DNA from: Centroscyllium fabricii | Lineage: Eukaryota | Assembly: GCA_051313645.2 (NCBI GenBank) | Contig: JBNRSN020000016.1 | Location: forward strand, 89,280,001 to 89,344,000 | Direction: 5' to 3' | DNA: 64,000 nucleotides | Translations under genes and position numbers: made by a program | Part shown: positions 11,108 through 23,846 of the stretch, in pieces | Layout of the letters: each line of letters opens with the position of its first letter | Position numbering within the stretch: position 1 is the first letter of the stretch | Notes under the pieces: model-generated | What the model was told of the DNA's origin: nothing | Databases searched by the model: none | What the model saw: only the letters and a program-made list of their open reading frames with translations

Positions 11108-13485
11108 TTCAATTCAATTCAATTCAAGTTTTATTGTCATTGCAGAGTACTAGTACAATACAACGAGACGAAGACTCGACGCTCCCAAGAGTAGTGCAAA
11201 TAAATTACATGCAAATTGCATACAGTAAAGTACATTTTCAGGTGTGCAGGTACCGGAGTTTATTTTTAGAGTTCAGGAGGCTGACAGCCTTGGGGAAGAA
11301 GCTGTTCTGAAATCTAGTCGTGCGGGTACGAATTGATCTGTAGCGTCTCCCGGAGGGCAGGGGGGCGAACAGACTGTGGCTGGGGTGTGTGGGGTTTTTA
11401 ATAATGTTCAGAGACCTCCGTAGGCAGCGTTTGAGGTAGATGCTTTCAATTGACGGTAGCTGGGTACCGGTGATTCGTTGGGCAGTTTTGACTACCCGCT
11501 ACAGGGTCTTCCGGTCCGAGATGGTGCAATTTCCATACCAGGCTGTGATGCAGCTTGTCAGTATGCTTTCGATTGTGCAGCAGTAGAAGTTGGAGAGGAT
11601 GCCGGATGACAGCCTGGCTTTCTTCAGCTTCCTTAGGAAGTACAGGTGCTGTTGGGCTTTCTTAACCAGAGAGGAGGTGTTTAGTGACCAGGAGAGGTCT
11701 TCCGATATGTGGACCCCGAGGAACTTGAAGCTGGACACCCTTTCCACCTCAGCCCCTTGGATGAAGATGGGGGTGTGTCTTCTGCTTTCAGTCCTCTGGA
11801 AGTCCACTATGATCTCCTTAGTTTTCTTGGTGTTCAGTGCCAGGTTGTTGTCGGCACACCATCCCACAAGGCGCTGGATCTCATCCCTGTAGGCTGACTC
11901 ATCGTTGTTTTTGATCTGGCCAACCACCGTGGTGTCGTCCGCAAACTTGTTGATCGTGTTGGAGCCATGGACAGCCGCACAGTCGTGAGTGAAGAGGGAG
12001 TAGAGGAGTGGGCTCAGCACACAGTCTTGTGGGGCCCCCGTGTTCAGGGTAAGGGTGGGGGGTGGTGAGGTTGCCTAACTTCACAGACTGTGGTCTGTTG
12101 GATAGGAAGTCCAGGGTCCAGTTGCAGAGGGAGGTGTTCAGGCCGAGGGTGAGGAGTTTGTTAGACAATTTGCTGGGGACGATGGTGTTGAATGCTGAGC
12201 TGTAGTCAATAAACAGCATTCTGATATACGTATCTTTGCTATCCAGGTGGTTTAGTGCAGAGTGAAGAGCCGTAGTGATAGCATCTTCCATAGATCTATT
12301 CCCTCGGTAGGCGAACTGGTATTGGTCCAGGTCGGCGGGGACGCTGGCTTTGATGTGGGCCAGGACCAGCTGCTCAAAACACTTCATGATAATGGGTGTA
12401 AGTGTGACAGGGCGGTAGTCGTTCAGGCACGTCACAGCCGTTTTCTTGGGCACAGGGATGATGGTGGCGGTCTTGAAGCAGGTAGGGACAGCTGCCTTCG
12501 CCAGTGACAGGTTGAAGATGTCAGTGAAGACTTCAGCCAGTTGGTCGGCACATTCTTTGAGTGCCCGGCCGGGGATGCCATCAGGACCCACGGCCTTCCG
12601 TGCGTTCACTCCACGTAGAGCACCTCTTACATCGGAGGAGGACAGTGTTAATGGCTGGTCTTCCGGGGATTGCAGGACTTTGGTGGCAGGCTCCCTGTTG
12701 TCCCTGTCGAAGCGAGCATAGAAGTTGTTGAGTTCCTCCAGTAGGGAGGCATCGCTGGTTGGGGGGCTGGTGTTTCTGCACTTGTAGTCCGTGATGGACT
12801 GTATGCCTTGCCACATACGTCGAGGGTCCGAGTTGTTGTGAAAGTGTTCCTCTATCTTCAGTGTCTGATTTCATTTGGCAGACCTGATACCCCTCTTTAG
12901 GTTGGCCCTGGCTGTGCTGTAAGCCGCCACATCCCCAGATTTGAAAGCTGTGTCACGCGCCTTCAGCAGCGAGCGGACCTCCCCGTTCATCCAGGGTTTC
13001 TGGTTGGGGAATGTCTTGATGGTTTTTTGGGTAGTGACCACCTCGACACAGCTGTTGATGTACAAAAGCACTGTGGATGTGTATTCCTCGATGTCCGTGT
13101 GAGCGAACATGTTCCATTCAGTGCGTTCGAAGCAGTCTTGTAGCTCTGAGACTGCCCGTTCTGGCCATACCCTGACTGATTTGGCTGAAGCTTTCACCCT
13201 TTTGATGAGTGGTTTGTATGCTGGGGCGAGGAACAGTGAAAGGTGGTCGGAATTCCCGAGGTGGGGGCACGGGATGGCTTTGTAAGCCTCTGCGATGTTG
13301 GTGTAGACCTGGTCCAGCGTGTTCTCGCCCCCCGTGGGGCAGGAGACATTCTTGTGAAATTTCGGTAGTACGGATTTGAGGTTAGCGTGGTTGAAGTCCC
13401 CCGCCACGATAAAGGCTCCTTCCGGATGCACGGTCTGCTGCTCGCTGATGGCCCTGTGAAGATCCTTGAGTGCCAGTTTGGCATA
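11108..13485 (-). mobile_element. Rex1/Babar non-LTR retrotransposon, 5'-truncated (APE endonuclease end plus RT)
   Basis: VAGDFN, LGNSDH (endonuclease); [26 protein letters not shown] (RT); in-frame stops at 12871 and 11499 and one frameshift near 12055; (TTGAA)n tail. Confidence 0.9.
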
Positions 13486-13934
13486 TCTGATGGCCACAGG
13501 GAAAGTCATGAAAGTGTTTTCACCTGCTTAATGCAAGCATGGACTGCAGACTAACTGATGTTACTGACATCCCCTGTGGCAGCCTGGAAGGAGCCAAAAG
13601 CAAAGGAGTTCGGGACTGCAGTGGCCTTGAGTGCAACAGGCAATTCTATACTAGCTGTGGCAGTGGATTGCAAGAGATACAACTCTGACAGCTTCTCTAG
13701 TCACTGCTGCTCAGCAAACTGCAGGTATGTTGTTCTGGGTCTATACACTTTGTTCGAAGGCAAAGATTCCTGCAAGCACACCTCCGTCTATTTGCTCACC
13801 TTGTAGCTCTGTTTGCTCCTTCCTCCTGCCAGAGTGGAATTGCCAGAAGGATCTCTACAAAGAAAAAAATGCACTGCCAGAAGAGTTCAGAATGTTCTAC
13901 AGCCATTATAAGCACTTTGAAATTGTCTAAGTAT

Positions 13935-14147
13935 CAACAAAGCCCCAAAGCACTTTGCAGCCAATGAAGGTTAGCCACTGTTGTAATGCAAGAAATGCAG
14001 CAATAAATTTGCACACAGCAAAATCCCACAAACAGCAATGAAATAAATGACTAAATTATCTGTTTTAGGTGTTGCTTGAGGGATAAAGGTTAGCCAGGAC
14101 ACCAGAAGAACTCGCCTGCGTTTCTTCAAATTGTGCCATGGGATCTG
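13935..14147 (-). mobile_element. Deu-domain SINE (SacSINE1/AmnSINE1-like) fragment
   Basis: rc reads AGATCCCATGGCAC..GTGTCCTGGCTAA..TTGCTGTTTGTGGGA..TTGCTGTGTGCAAAT..CATTGGCTGCAAAGTGCTTTGGG. Confidence 0.65.
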
Positions 14148-14149
14148 AG

Positions 14150-16555
14150 GACGTTGAGGCAGAGTAGTAGGCACAGGCAGGTATTGCAGGTGTCCCCTGT
14201 GGCCATCCCCCTCTCAAACAGATATACCGTTTTGGATATTTTTGAGGGAAATGGCTTATTGGGGGAAGACAGCAGCAGCCAACTTCCTTACACCGTGGGT
14301 GGTTCTGCTGCACAGGACGGGAGGAAAAGGAGTGGGAGAGCTATAGTAATAGGGGATTCAATTGTAAGGGGAATAGATAGGCGTTTCTGCGGCCGCAAAC
14401 GAGACTCCAGGATGGTATGTTGCCTCCCTGGTGCAAGGGTCAAGGATGTCTCGGAGCGGCTGCAGAGTATTTTGGAAGGGGAGGGTGAAAAGCCAGTTGT
14501 CATGGTACCAACGATATAGGTAAAAACTGGGATGAGGTCCTAAAGGAGTAAAGCAAAAGTGGTGGTCAGAGAAATCAAGGATTTAAATGAAACGTGGCAA
14601 CAGTAAATAATAATTCTAAAAGGTCTAAGTGTGTTAAAAAAAAAACAAGCCTGAAGGCTTTGTGTGTTAATGCGAGGAGCAGTCGTAATGAGGTGGATGA
14701 ATTAGCTGCGCAAATAGAAATAAACAGATATGATATGATTGGGATTACAGAAACATGGCTCCAGGGTGACCAAGGCTGGGAACTCAACATCCAAGGGTAA
14801 TCAATATTCAGGAAAAACAGACAAAAAGGAAAAGGAGGTGGGGCAGCATTGTTGGTTAAAGAGGAGATTAACACAATTGTAATGGCCCTGTCACACCTTG
14901 ACGTTTTAGCCAGCGTATGCAAATTTGGCTAAAACGCTGGGTAACGTCGGATACGTTATGGGTACGTTTTGCATACGTTAAGAGCACGCTGGCATACGCT
15001 GGCAATAAGTTGCATACGTCGTTGTACTCCGAGTAAGTCGAGAAATTTTGAGCATGCACAAAATTTCTCGACGTACCTTGCGTATGATTCACACGTTCCG
15101 CATACGCTGGCCATACGTTGTAGGCACGTTAGGCGATCGTTGACACACGTCGACACACGTTACTTGTAAGTTAGTCATAAGTCAAAATACGTCGAGATAA
15201 TGTCTAGCGTACCCGGAACTTATTTCTAACCTATGAGTAACGTGCTTTGAACCTATGTGTAACATATCTCCAACGCATATTGACGTATTTGACGTCTTCC
15301 GGACGACCACAGAACTTATGCCCCTGTCATGCCCTGTCACACCTTGACGATTTAGCTAGCGTATGCCGACGTATCAAAATTTATCTAAAACGTCGGCGAT
15401 ACGCTGCCGCGCGCTATGCATACGTTAGACTATCGTTGGGCATAAGTTGTGAATGCCGACAACACGCTAAAGGCCCTGTCACACCTAGACGTTTTAGCCA
15501 GCGTATGCAAATTTGGCTAAAACGCTGAACTTTTGACCTTTTTTTTCAGTTTTGGGCGTATAATAGCGTATTCATAACGTATTGGACGTATAACGTATTA
15601 GTAACGTACACAGAGCGTATCAATAACTTACAGATAACTTATACCAACGAATGCTTAGCGTTCACAACTTATGCCCAACGATAGTCTAACGTATGCATAG
15701 CGGCAGCGTATCGCCGACGTTTTAGATAAATTTTGATAAATTGGAAAACGCTAGCTTAAATCGTCAAGGTGTGACAGGGCATGACAGGGGCAAGGTAATG
15801 TGTGTTCAACGATCGCCTAACGTGCCTACAACGTATGGCCAGCGTATGCGGAACGTATAAATCGTAACATTGATACGTCGTGATTTTTTGTGCATGCACA
15901 AAAAATCTCGACTTACTCGACATTTAACGACGTATACAACGTATGTCCAGCGTATGGCAACGTGCTCTTAACGTATGCATAACGTACCCATAACGTATCC
16001 GACGTAAACCAGCGTTTTAGCCAAATTTGCATACGCTGGCTAAATCGTCTAGGTGTGACAGGGCCTTTAGCATTCGTTGGTATAAGTTATCTGTAACTTA
16101 TCGAAACGTTCTGTGTACGTTACTAATACGTTATGCATACGTTATGCATACGTCCAACTCGTTATGAATACGCTATTATACGGCCAAAACTGAAAAAAAC
16201 ATCGATAGTTCAGCGTTTTAGCCAAATTTGCATACGCTGGCTAAAACGTCAAGGTGTGACAGGGCCATAAGGAAGGATATTAGCTCTGATGATGTGGAAT
16301 CTGTATGGGTAGTGCTGAGAAATACCATGCGGCAGAAAACGTTAGTGGGGGTTGTATACAGACCCCCAAACAGTAATGCGGAGGTTGGGGATGGCATTAA
16401 ATGGGAAATTAGAGAAGCGTGCAATAAGGGCACAGCAGTTATCATGGGTTACTTTAATCTACATATAGACTGGACTAACCAAATTAGTAACAAACTGTGG
16501 AGGAGGGATTTCTGGAGTGTATGCAGGATGGTTTCCTGGGCCAACATGTCGAGGA
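14150..16555 (+). mobile_element. CR1 LINE internal fragment (ORF1 esterase domain plus start of ORF2 endonuclease), interrupted by a MITE
   Basis: IVIGDSIVRGIDRRFCG..VCCLPGARVKDV (SGNH ORF1); ALCVNARS..IGITETWL; VGVVYRPPNS; coding continuity across 14883-16267. Confidence 0.88.
14883..16267. mobile_element. PIF/Harbinger-type MITE with long TIRs, containing an inverted copy of its own family (15471-16066)
   Basis: ~57-bp perfect TIR TGGCCCTGTCACACCTTGACGTTTTAGCCAGCGTATGCAAATTTGGCTAAAACGCTG; TAA TSD (14880-14882, 16268-16270); inner copy has TIR AGGCCCTGTCACACCTAGACG flanked by TAA/TTA. Confidence 0.88.
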
Positions 16556-16811
16556 ATATCGATGACATCAACCTGAAACGTTGGCCGGAATTTTGCCCTA
16601 ATGGCGGGGAACTGGCGGAGATTGGTCGGGGCGGGTTTTTGTCCCGCACGAATAAGTGCCTGCGTTTCCCACGCGATTTTCGTCTAACGACCCAATTAAT
16701 TCCCCGCCTGTGGGAAGCCTTCCCAATCACCGATTTCCAGTCAGAAAGTCGCACAATATGACGTCAGGATTCAGGTTTTCTTTAATAAACACAGCTCGCC
16801 TCCCGCACAGG

Positions 16812-18853
16812 ATGGCAGAGCGTGAGGGTGCTGCATTGGGCAGCGCGAGGGGACGACCCACCCCCAAATTTGATGATGCTCCCTCGACGCATTGCTCGAG
16901 GGGGCAACTACCCATAGGGAGGTTCTCTTCCCCTCCTCAGGGAGGAAGAGACCTCCCTCACAGACTAAGGCTGCATGGCAGAAGGTGGCTGAGGGGGTCA
17001 GCTCTTTGGGCACAACACCCCGGTCCTGGCTGCAGTGTCGCAAGCGATTGCATGACCTTCATCGCACTGCCAGAGAAGTATTCATTTCCCCTCACTCTCA
17101 ATCTCATCCCCCTCACCACAACTTATCTTCACCGCTCCCTTCCTCCACATCCCACTTGCCCATCACCTCCAAGCAACCTTACCCATTCCCTCTCTATTTA
17201 TGCTCACACTCACGGTCCTTTCCCTCCATTCAGCCCTCATACTCCCTCGCACTCTCATGCTTGCTGCACATCTGGCACCACACAGGGAGAGCCTTTGGTC
17301 TTGCAGGCTTACTGCATCTTTGACACCCTGCAGCAAACTTTGCTGCTCACTCGCTGCAACAACTCCTTCCTTCTCACTCAACCTCCACTTCTCTCCCTCA
17401 TTGCAGGAAAAGACAGCCGCCAACAAGCGGCACAGCGCCGGGACCGGAGGAGGACCCCCCACCATCCAGCAGCTCACCACCTGGGAGGAGGCAGTGCTAG
17501 AACTCGTTGGGGAGGGGCAAGCCCCGGGAGTGGGTGACAGCGAGGCAGGCATGCAATCTCGAGCTGGTGACAGCATGGTTTAATTATTTCTCTCACAAGT
17601 AACATATGAGACTGGCACAATGAATGTAAAAGCACTGCAGAGGCAGCTCTGCTCAGCTCCTGAATGCTATCTGTATGTAACCTTGCTGACATATCTCTAA
17701 CCTCTGCCTTTACTGCCCCACAGGCCTAGCCGCAGCTGGACGGCCAACCAGAGATCAGCACCAGGCCGCCCCTGTCCAGTCCTCAGAGGAACCTGCCACC
17801 TCTGAGGGTGCACCATCAGCACCACAGACTCCACCCGGCACCAGCGCAGATATTAGCACCTCGGTGGGCCCCCCTAGAGCTACATATGACTTGTCACCGG
17901 GTGATTCAGACAGCACTAGTGAGCCTCAGCAGAATGTGGAGACAGGGACAGCAGTGCAGGGTCCTAGTCGAAGGGCGCAGGACACTGCCAGCTTAGCTGA
18001 GCTGCATGTCGACACAGCGCCTTTGGATCCATCAGGCAGAGGACACATGATGGGACTCCAGACACAGATGCAGGCGTCTCTGACAGGTTTTGTCTCCCAG
18101 GTAGCTGCAAGTGTCATGCCAAAGGAGGAGTCTGTCACAAGCATGAGAAGTGACCTTGCGGAGTCAGTGTCGCATGATCGCATCACCATGGAAAGGATGG
18201 CAACCACCATGGAAAGGATGGCAACCACCATGGAAAGGATGGCAACCACCATGTAAAGGATGGCGACCACCATGGAAAGGATAGTGACCGTGGACGAGAG
18301 GATGGCCACGGCAATCGAGCACATAAGTTGCCAGTCTTTCGAAGACATGGGCACTGTCCACAATAGATACACATCTCTTGAGCAGCGAGTGGCATCTATT
18401 GAGCAGATGACCCAGACCTTCGTGGAAGTCGCTCTCATTAGGACTTCCACTGCAGAAATGGGTCCCCATGGCCCCCCTGAAGTGCAGCAAGGTGCTGTCC
18501 AGCCACTTGCTGGTGCTGAGGGGGAGGTGACCCATGAGAGGGAGGTTGGTGGTGCAGCTGAACGAAGTGGGGGCTCCTCTCCAAGCGCTCCCATGTCCAC
18601 ACCACTGCAGAGCCCTCGGTCAGAGGCCCGCCGGAGTCCCCATGCACCTGAGATGGAAGTCTCATACCCTGCCCAGCCACAGGAGCAGCAGACTGGTAGC
18701 GAGCCCCCACAGGCTCACCGCCCCAGAGGACGACCGCCAAAGGTGTCCAGACAGGAGCAGCAGGGCACTCAGCAGGGGGCCTCCACATCTGCTGACACCA
18801 CAGGGATAGCACCACGTAGGAGCACTCGCAAAAGAACAATTAAGCACCCTTAG
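16812..18853 (+). pseudogene. Harbinger Myb/SANT partner gene; exons 16812-17074, 17407-17566, 17724-18853
   Basis: Myb/SANT exon 1 with a 1-nt deletion; donor damaged (GAAGTA vs GTAAGTA in element 1); exon 3 phase consistent; one TAA at 18254; AT-hook-like RPRGRPPK and basic C-terminus. Confidence 0.82.
18188..18290 (+). repeat. 21-bp coding tandem repeat (MERMATT heptads)
   Basis: ATGGAAAGGATGGCAACCACC, about 4.5 copies. Confidence 0.9.
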
Positions 18854-20090
18854 GCACAACGGGAGTCACTTGGGTGTTAGTGTAACAGTCAGTCGGTGTC
18901 CAAAGCAGTGGTCAGACAGCAGACCACTGCAGGTGCCACCTGATGCAGTTGTCATGTCTGACATCTTGCGAATGGCCCTTCCACATTGAAACCTTATGCA
19001 AGCTGGACAGCAATCGGGCAGGCCTCACAGATATGCATGGATGCAGACGCAACATGGCAGAAGGACTTACAGCAAGACGAATGAGGTTCAATAACAGACT
19101 ACAGCTCAATGGTTAACAGTGAAGGTCCTTGAAACCGGCCTACCTTCATGGTGACGCACACCAGCGAACAGAGGGACTGTATGACCGATGTGTGGTCCAA
19201 AAGATGACCAGGTTAACTGAACAAACCACCTGATGTTTTCGCTACACCAGCAAACACGCCTCAGGGCTGAACTTTAACACGAACAAAACTTTAAAAAGAT
19301 GGAGGTGGGCAAAGAAAAGATGGGCCAACTGGCCAAAGTACCCACGCATCCAACATCATCTGGCTGCAACTGGTCCCTCACAGCACCTGACCCTGATGGA
19401 ATGGCCAAGGAGCCATGGTGCCAGCATGCCTCAGCTCTCACACATCAAACAAGATCAGGTGGGTGAAGAACCACCAGACATTGACCCTCACCGCCCTCTA
19501 CAGCTCCTGCCTCATGTGCGGGTGCGTTGCCCTGGTTTGTCAGAATATGTGTCACTCTTGAAAAGGGAGGGGCAGCACGTGAGAGGGGGGAACATGATTG
19601 ACAATGGATATGAAGTTGCATGCTTAAAACTGGACTGGCTGAGGTGCATTTTGACCATTTCAACCTGCATGTCTGCAGCTGAAATGCCTGGGACATCATT
19701 AATGCAGTGATTCATAAGTGCTGGTCATCAGTTGAACAACCATGCATGTGGCCATGTTTGCTTAATGTCTTTACTAAACAGCATGTTGCAGTTGCAACCT
19801 TTAATGTTTCTGTGTTCATTATTGCATGTGATGGATGGATGTTTGGGTGGGACCATGTTCATCAAAGAAATGTGTGGTGCGTCAGGGGCGCGGGTGCATG
19901 CGCGAGCGCAGAAAGCCTTCACAGGCACTTGGCAGCCCCAGAAGCACACTCCCCCAACACCCCCCCCCCCCACAGAGATGTCGTTACAGTAGTGGGACTC
20001 ATGCAGGTATGAGCTGTGGAACTGATTGGAGTGTGTCATTGAGGATGCGCTGTTAGGATGAGGAGAGTAACACAAGCTGGCTTGAGTAGT

Positions 20091-21389
20091 CTAAGAAAAT
20101 CGTGCAAGGATGAGCTCCATCCTTGCTTGCCAGCCAGCAACGTTCTCGCGTAATGGTGGCGCTGGCTGTGGTCGAGCGGCAGCAACCCCGTCCTCCTCCT
20201 CCTCTACCTCGTCCTCCTCCTCCTCTACCTCGTCCTCCTCCTCCTCTTCCTCCTCCTCCTCCTCCTCTTCCTCCTCCTCCTGTTCCTCTTCATCTGAGGA
20301 CGGTATGCGAGGAGGCAGGTCTTGGTCAGGAGGTTGCAAGCCACGGCGCTGGGCCATGTTGTGAAGTTGACAGCATACCACTACCATTCTGGAGACCCTG
20401 GCTGGGATGAATTGCAGGGCTCCACCTGATCATTCCAAGCATCTGAAACACATCTTGAGCAAGCCTATGGTATGCTCTATAATGCTTCTGGTGGAGATGT
20501 GTGTGGAGTTGTAGTTCTCCTCAGCCTCATTGGCTGGCCTCCTGACCGGCGTCATGAGCCAAGTCCTGAGGGGATAGCCCTTGTCTCCAAGTAGCCACCC
20601 CAGAAGCTGGTCCGGCGGTGTGAAGAGCGCAGGCAAGGTTGATTGGCACAGGACATAGGAGTCATGGCAGCTGCCAGGGTACCTGGCACACACATGCAAA
20701 ATATCCTTGTTGTGGTCACACACCAGTTGAACATTGAGTGAATGGAAGCCCTTGTGGTTGAGAAAAGCTACTGGGTTGTCATTGGGTGCCCTAAGGGCCA
20801 CATGTGTGCAGTCAATGATGCCCTGTACCCTTGGGAAGCCTGCCAGACGAGCCATTCCAATCGCTCGGGCCCTCACACTTGCGCGATCTGTGGTAAAATG
20901 GATGAAATTGTGGGCACGGGCAAAGAGGGCATTGGTTACCTGGGTGATGCAGGAGTGTGCGGCCGACTGGGAGATTCCGCTGATGCCGGCTGCTGATCCC
21001 TGGAATGAGCCCGAGGCAAAGAAGTTGAGTGCAGTGGTGACTTTCAGGGCCACTGGTAAGGCATGTCTACATGGTGTGCTGGGCTCCAGCTCTTGCTGCA
21101 GCATGGCACAGATGTCTGTGACTCCCTCTCGGGAAAGTCGGAGTCGTCTTTGGCACCGCCGCTCACTCATGTTGAGGTAGGTGGCTCGGACTCTGTAGAC
21201 CCTGTTTGGAGGGTATCTTCTGTGGCGACGGCCTTGGATGCGCCGATGCCTTCTGGCCCATGCTGCCCCCGGAGGGTTCGCAGGAGCATCAGGCTCCTGG
21301 TGTGGCTGGTGCTGGTGCTGCTGTAGCCGCATCTGCTCCTGGTAGAGATCATGTAATCCCAAGAAGGGAAGGAATAAAATGGCTCCCAT
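20091..21389 (-). pseudogene. Harbinger (HARBI1-like) DDE transposase, ~432 codons, single premature stop
   Basis: IIDCTH / LLGDKGY / IIEHTIG catalytic motifs; TGA at 20430-20432 where element 1 has AGA (LDRSGG); same frame continues through a poly-Glu tract to LARFS*. Confidence 0.92.
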
Positions 21390-21919
21390 GGCTGTGCTGG
21401 CAGCCTCGGCTGAGGAAGCACTGAGTGAGGGGGGTAAGTGAGAGGGCTTTCCCAGGTCACACTGAAGAAGTTTTTGAGGATTCAACTTTCCACAGGTGTG
21501 CTGAAGCCTGTTGCAAATATCCCCAGGATTGAGAGAACAATGTGTTTGCGCAAGCGAATGATGGCTGATTAAATGTGAGCCTTCATTGAGTGACCGGACA
21601 CAGATACTCAGCAGTCCCACTGAGTTCACACAAGGGTTTCACCTGACAGGGTTTAGCTTGGCGGGTTTTGTGCGTGAACCACATGAAAATTGCTAAGGGA
21701 CCTTAAAATGGAATTACTGATGCCAATTAAGGGCCCTTAACGACCTTAACAAGCATCCCCGCCGGGCGCCGGCGGGAAAGATTCGGGGCGGGAAAAAAGC
21801 CCGCACAAAAATTCAAATCCGGTGGGGAATGGGCGGGCTTGGGCGGGAACCAAAATGTTCTAATTTTCATCTCCCGCCCGCCCAAAACCCCGCCTGACGG
21901 GGACATGAAAATTACCCCC

Positions 21920-22025
21920 GTTAACTCTGTTTCTCTCTCCACTGATGCTGCCTGACCTGCTGCGTTTTTCCAGCATTTTCTGTTGTTATTTCGGATTTCC
22001 AGCATCCGCAGTATTTTGCTGTCAT
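21920..22025. mobile_element. Penelope-derived repeat, right part (left part 16560-16582), host of Harbinger element 2
   Basis: ACCTGAAACGTT | GTTAACTCTGTTTCTCTCTCCACTGATGCTGCC..GCAGTATTTTGCTGTCAT. Confidence 0.85.
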
Positions 22026-22541
22026 AAAAATGACAGAATTTGGGAGTCAGATTGATTGCTGATCACACCAAAACTGAGGTGTGAGTACTCCCCCTGGGGT
22101 GAGAGGGTCAATCTCACAACACCTTGAATTCACGCTGGTGCACTGGAACTCAAAGTGCAAAGCTTCATTTAAAACATTTCCAAGTGGTCCATTGGATCTC
22201 CTCAGAACTTTGAAAAGTAAATTTATAGCCTTTTTAACATTAAGAGGAAGCATATCCTGCCAAAGACTCTCTCAGAGAGCAGAGCTTTGTATAGGCAGTC
22301 ATACATTGCACTGCCAGCAACAAGGTGGTAAGAGTCAGTGGTCCATTCTTCAAGTATCGGTCTGGAAATAGTACCTTCAGTATAACTACAGTCTTACAGT
22401 CATAAATCTCATCCTTCTTTCTGACTTTGCTGATTAATCATTATTCTGGATTCTTTCTTGGTTTAGCTTTAAAAAAAACTGTGATGCATGACTTAATTTT
22501 CACATCCTAACCTTTAGCTCAATCACAACTTATTTAAAATA

Positions 22542-23172
22542 CAGGTACACAATCCTTTATCTGAACACCTTGGGACCGGGCGGTCTTCGGTTTTCGGATA
22601 ATTTTGGTTTTCGGGATGGTGCCCAGTGCTCCTGCGCATTGCCGTGTTGGCGGCCGATTGCGCCTCTGAAACGGTAGGAGATTGTGAGCTAACAACAGAA
22701 AACGCTGGAGAAACTCAGCAGGCCAGGCAGCATCGGTGGAGAGAGGAGCAGAGTTGACGTTTCAGGTGGAAGACCTTTTGCCATTGATACCGGGGCTCGG
22801 GTGCAGCGCTGTGCGAGGGAGGCCGCAGCGGCGGCTCACGGAATGGCAGACTGTCCTCTCCCATTAAAGGGGAGGGGGCTAGCGCGGCTACGGCTAGAGC
22901 CTCGCGGGTCCGCCGAGGGACCGGGAGCCGCAGAACGAGCCCGGTACTCGGGGGAAGTGCCGGGCTCAGCTGAGGGAGGGCTCACCCCGCAGTTTTTACA
23001 TTTCCTATCGAGCAGTGCAAGGGATGGAATGGGAATGTAATACTTACTACACCAGTATGATTCAAATTAGCTTTCGAAATGGATCAGGTTTGGCGCAACT
23101 TGGGTCATTTTGAAATTTCGGTTTTTGGAGCTTTTCGATTTTTGGAGTTGCGGATAAAGGATTGTGTACCTG
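22542..23172. mobile_element. Tigger/pogo-like MITE containing a Penelope-repeat arm (22691-22780)
   Basis: 20-bp perfect TIR CAGGTACACAATCCTTTATC; TA TSD. Confidence 0.88.
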
Positions 23173-23846
23173 TACTACCAATCTCCAGTGACATTGTTCA
23201 CAGTAAGTCAGACGATGTGCTGTTTTAGAACAACAGGAGCATTATACCACATCTACACACGGGGTAGATTTTTATCTTCATCACCGAGACAGTAATGTGG
23301 GCGGTGGGGGTCCAGATTGGACACCCTTTGCAGAATTTGCCTGATTTTCATGGCATTGAAATGAATGGAGTGAAGATTAGGTGGGTGCTGTAAAAGCAGT
23401 GAATATGTAAATTACCTGCCCTTTCTTTTCAGGCCACAAAGTCAAATTGCTGAAAGTAAGAAGTCACACAACACCTGGTTATAGTCCAACAGTTTTATAA
23501 GCACACTTTGACTCACTTAGTGGGTGCTGCTATTAGTGAAGAAAGTTTGCAGATTGACAGGAGCTTGTGAATTCCTTACTCCTGGTCAAATGAAACAACA
23601 TCCTTTCTTTCTTTAAAAAAAAATAGAGTGAAACCTGTAAACCACAGACACCGAAGGGACTGGCCTTAAGCACTCCTTTTTTGCTGGTGTCTTTATTTTC
23701 AAAATGTAGGTACTGTAAAAATATTTCCAATAATTTGAAGAACCAGCTGAGATTATGATCAGTGCCTAATCAGCTCCAACAATACTAAGGACTTATGTTT
23801 GGAAGCAGAAATAACAACAAATTGATGTGCCAAGTACAGTATCTTC

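Larger units (their letters stand above)
16583..21919 (-). mobile_element. PIF/Harbinger DNA transposon 2 (full length, few lesions)
   Basis: TIRs GGCCGGAATTTT / rc GGGGGTAATTTT; TSD GTT (16580-16582, 21920-21922); convergent two-gene layout; homologous to element 1. Confidence 0.92.

Noticed and set aside
20110-20410. Poly-Ser and poly-Pro ORFs
   Set aside because: Antisense readings of the (GAG)n poly-Glu tract of the transposase
20091-21629. Host HARBI1 gene
   Set aside because: Flanked by TIRs and a TSD, paired with a Myb/SANT gene, present in two decayed copies: a transposon, not the domesticated gene; the ORF part upstream of 21389 is an alternative-start artefact
4194-21919. Elements 1 and 2 as one large inverted segmental duplication
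   Set aside because: Similarity stops at the element plus short host repeat; flanks, TSD sequence and one terminus differ
23460-23502. ~45-bp motif repeated at 27197-27236
   Set aside because: Probably the tip of another common retroelement; too short to assign or interpret
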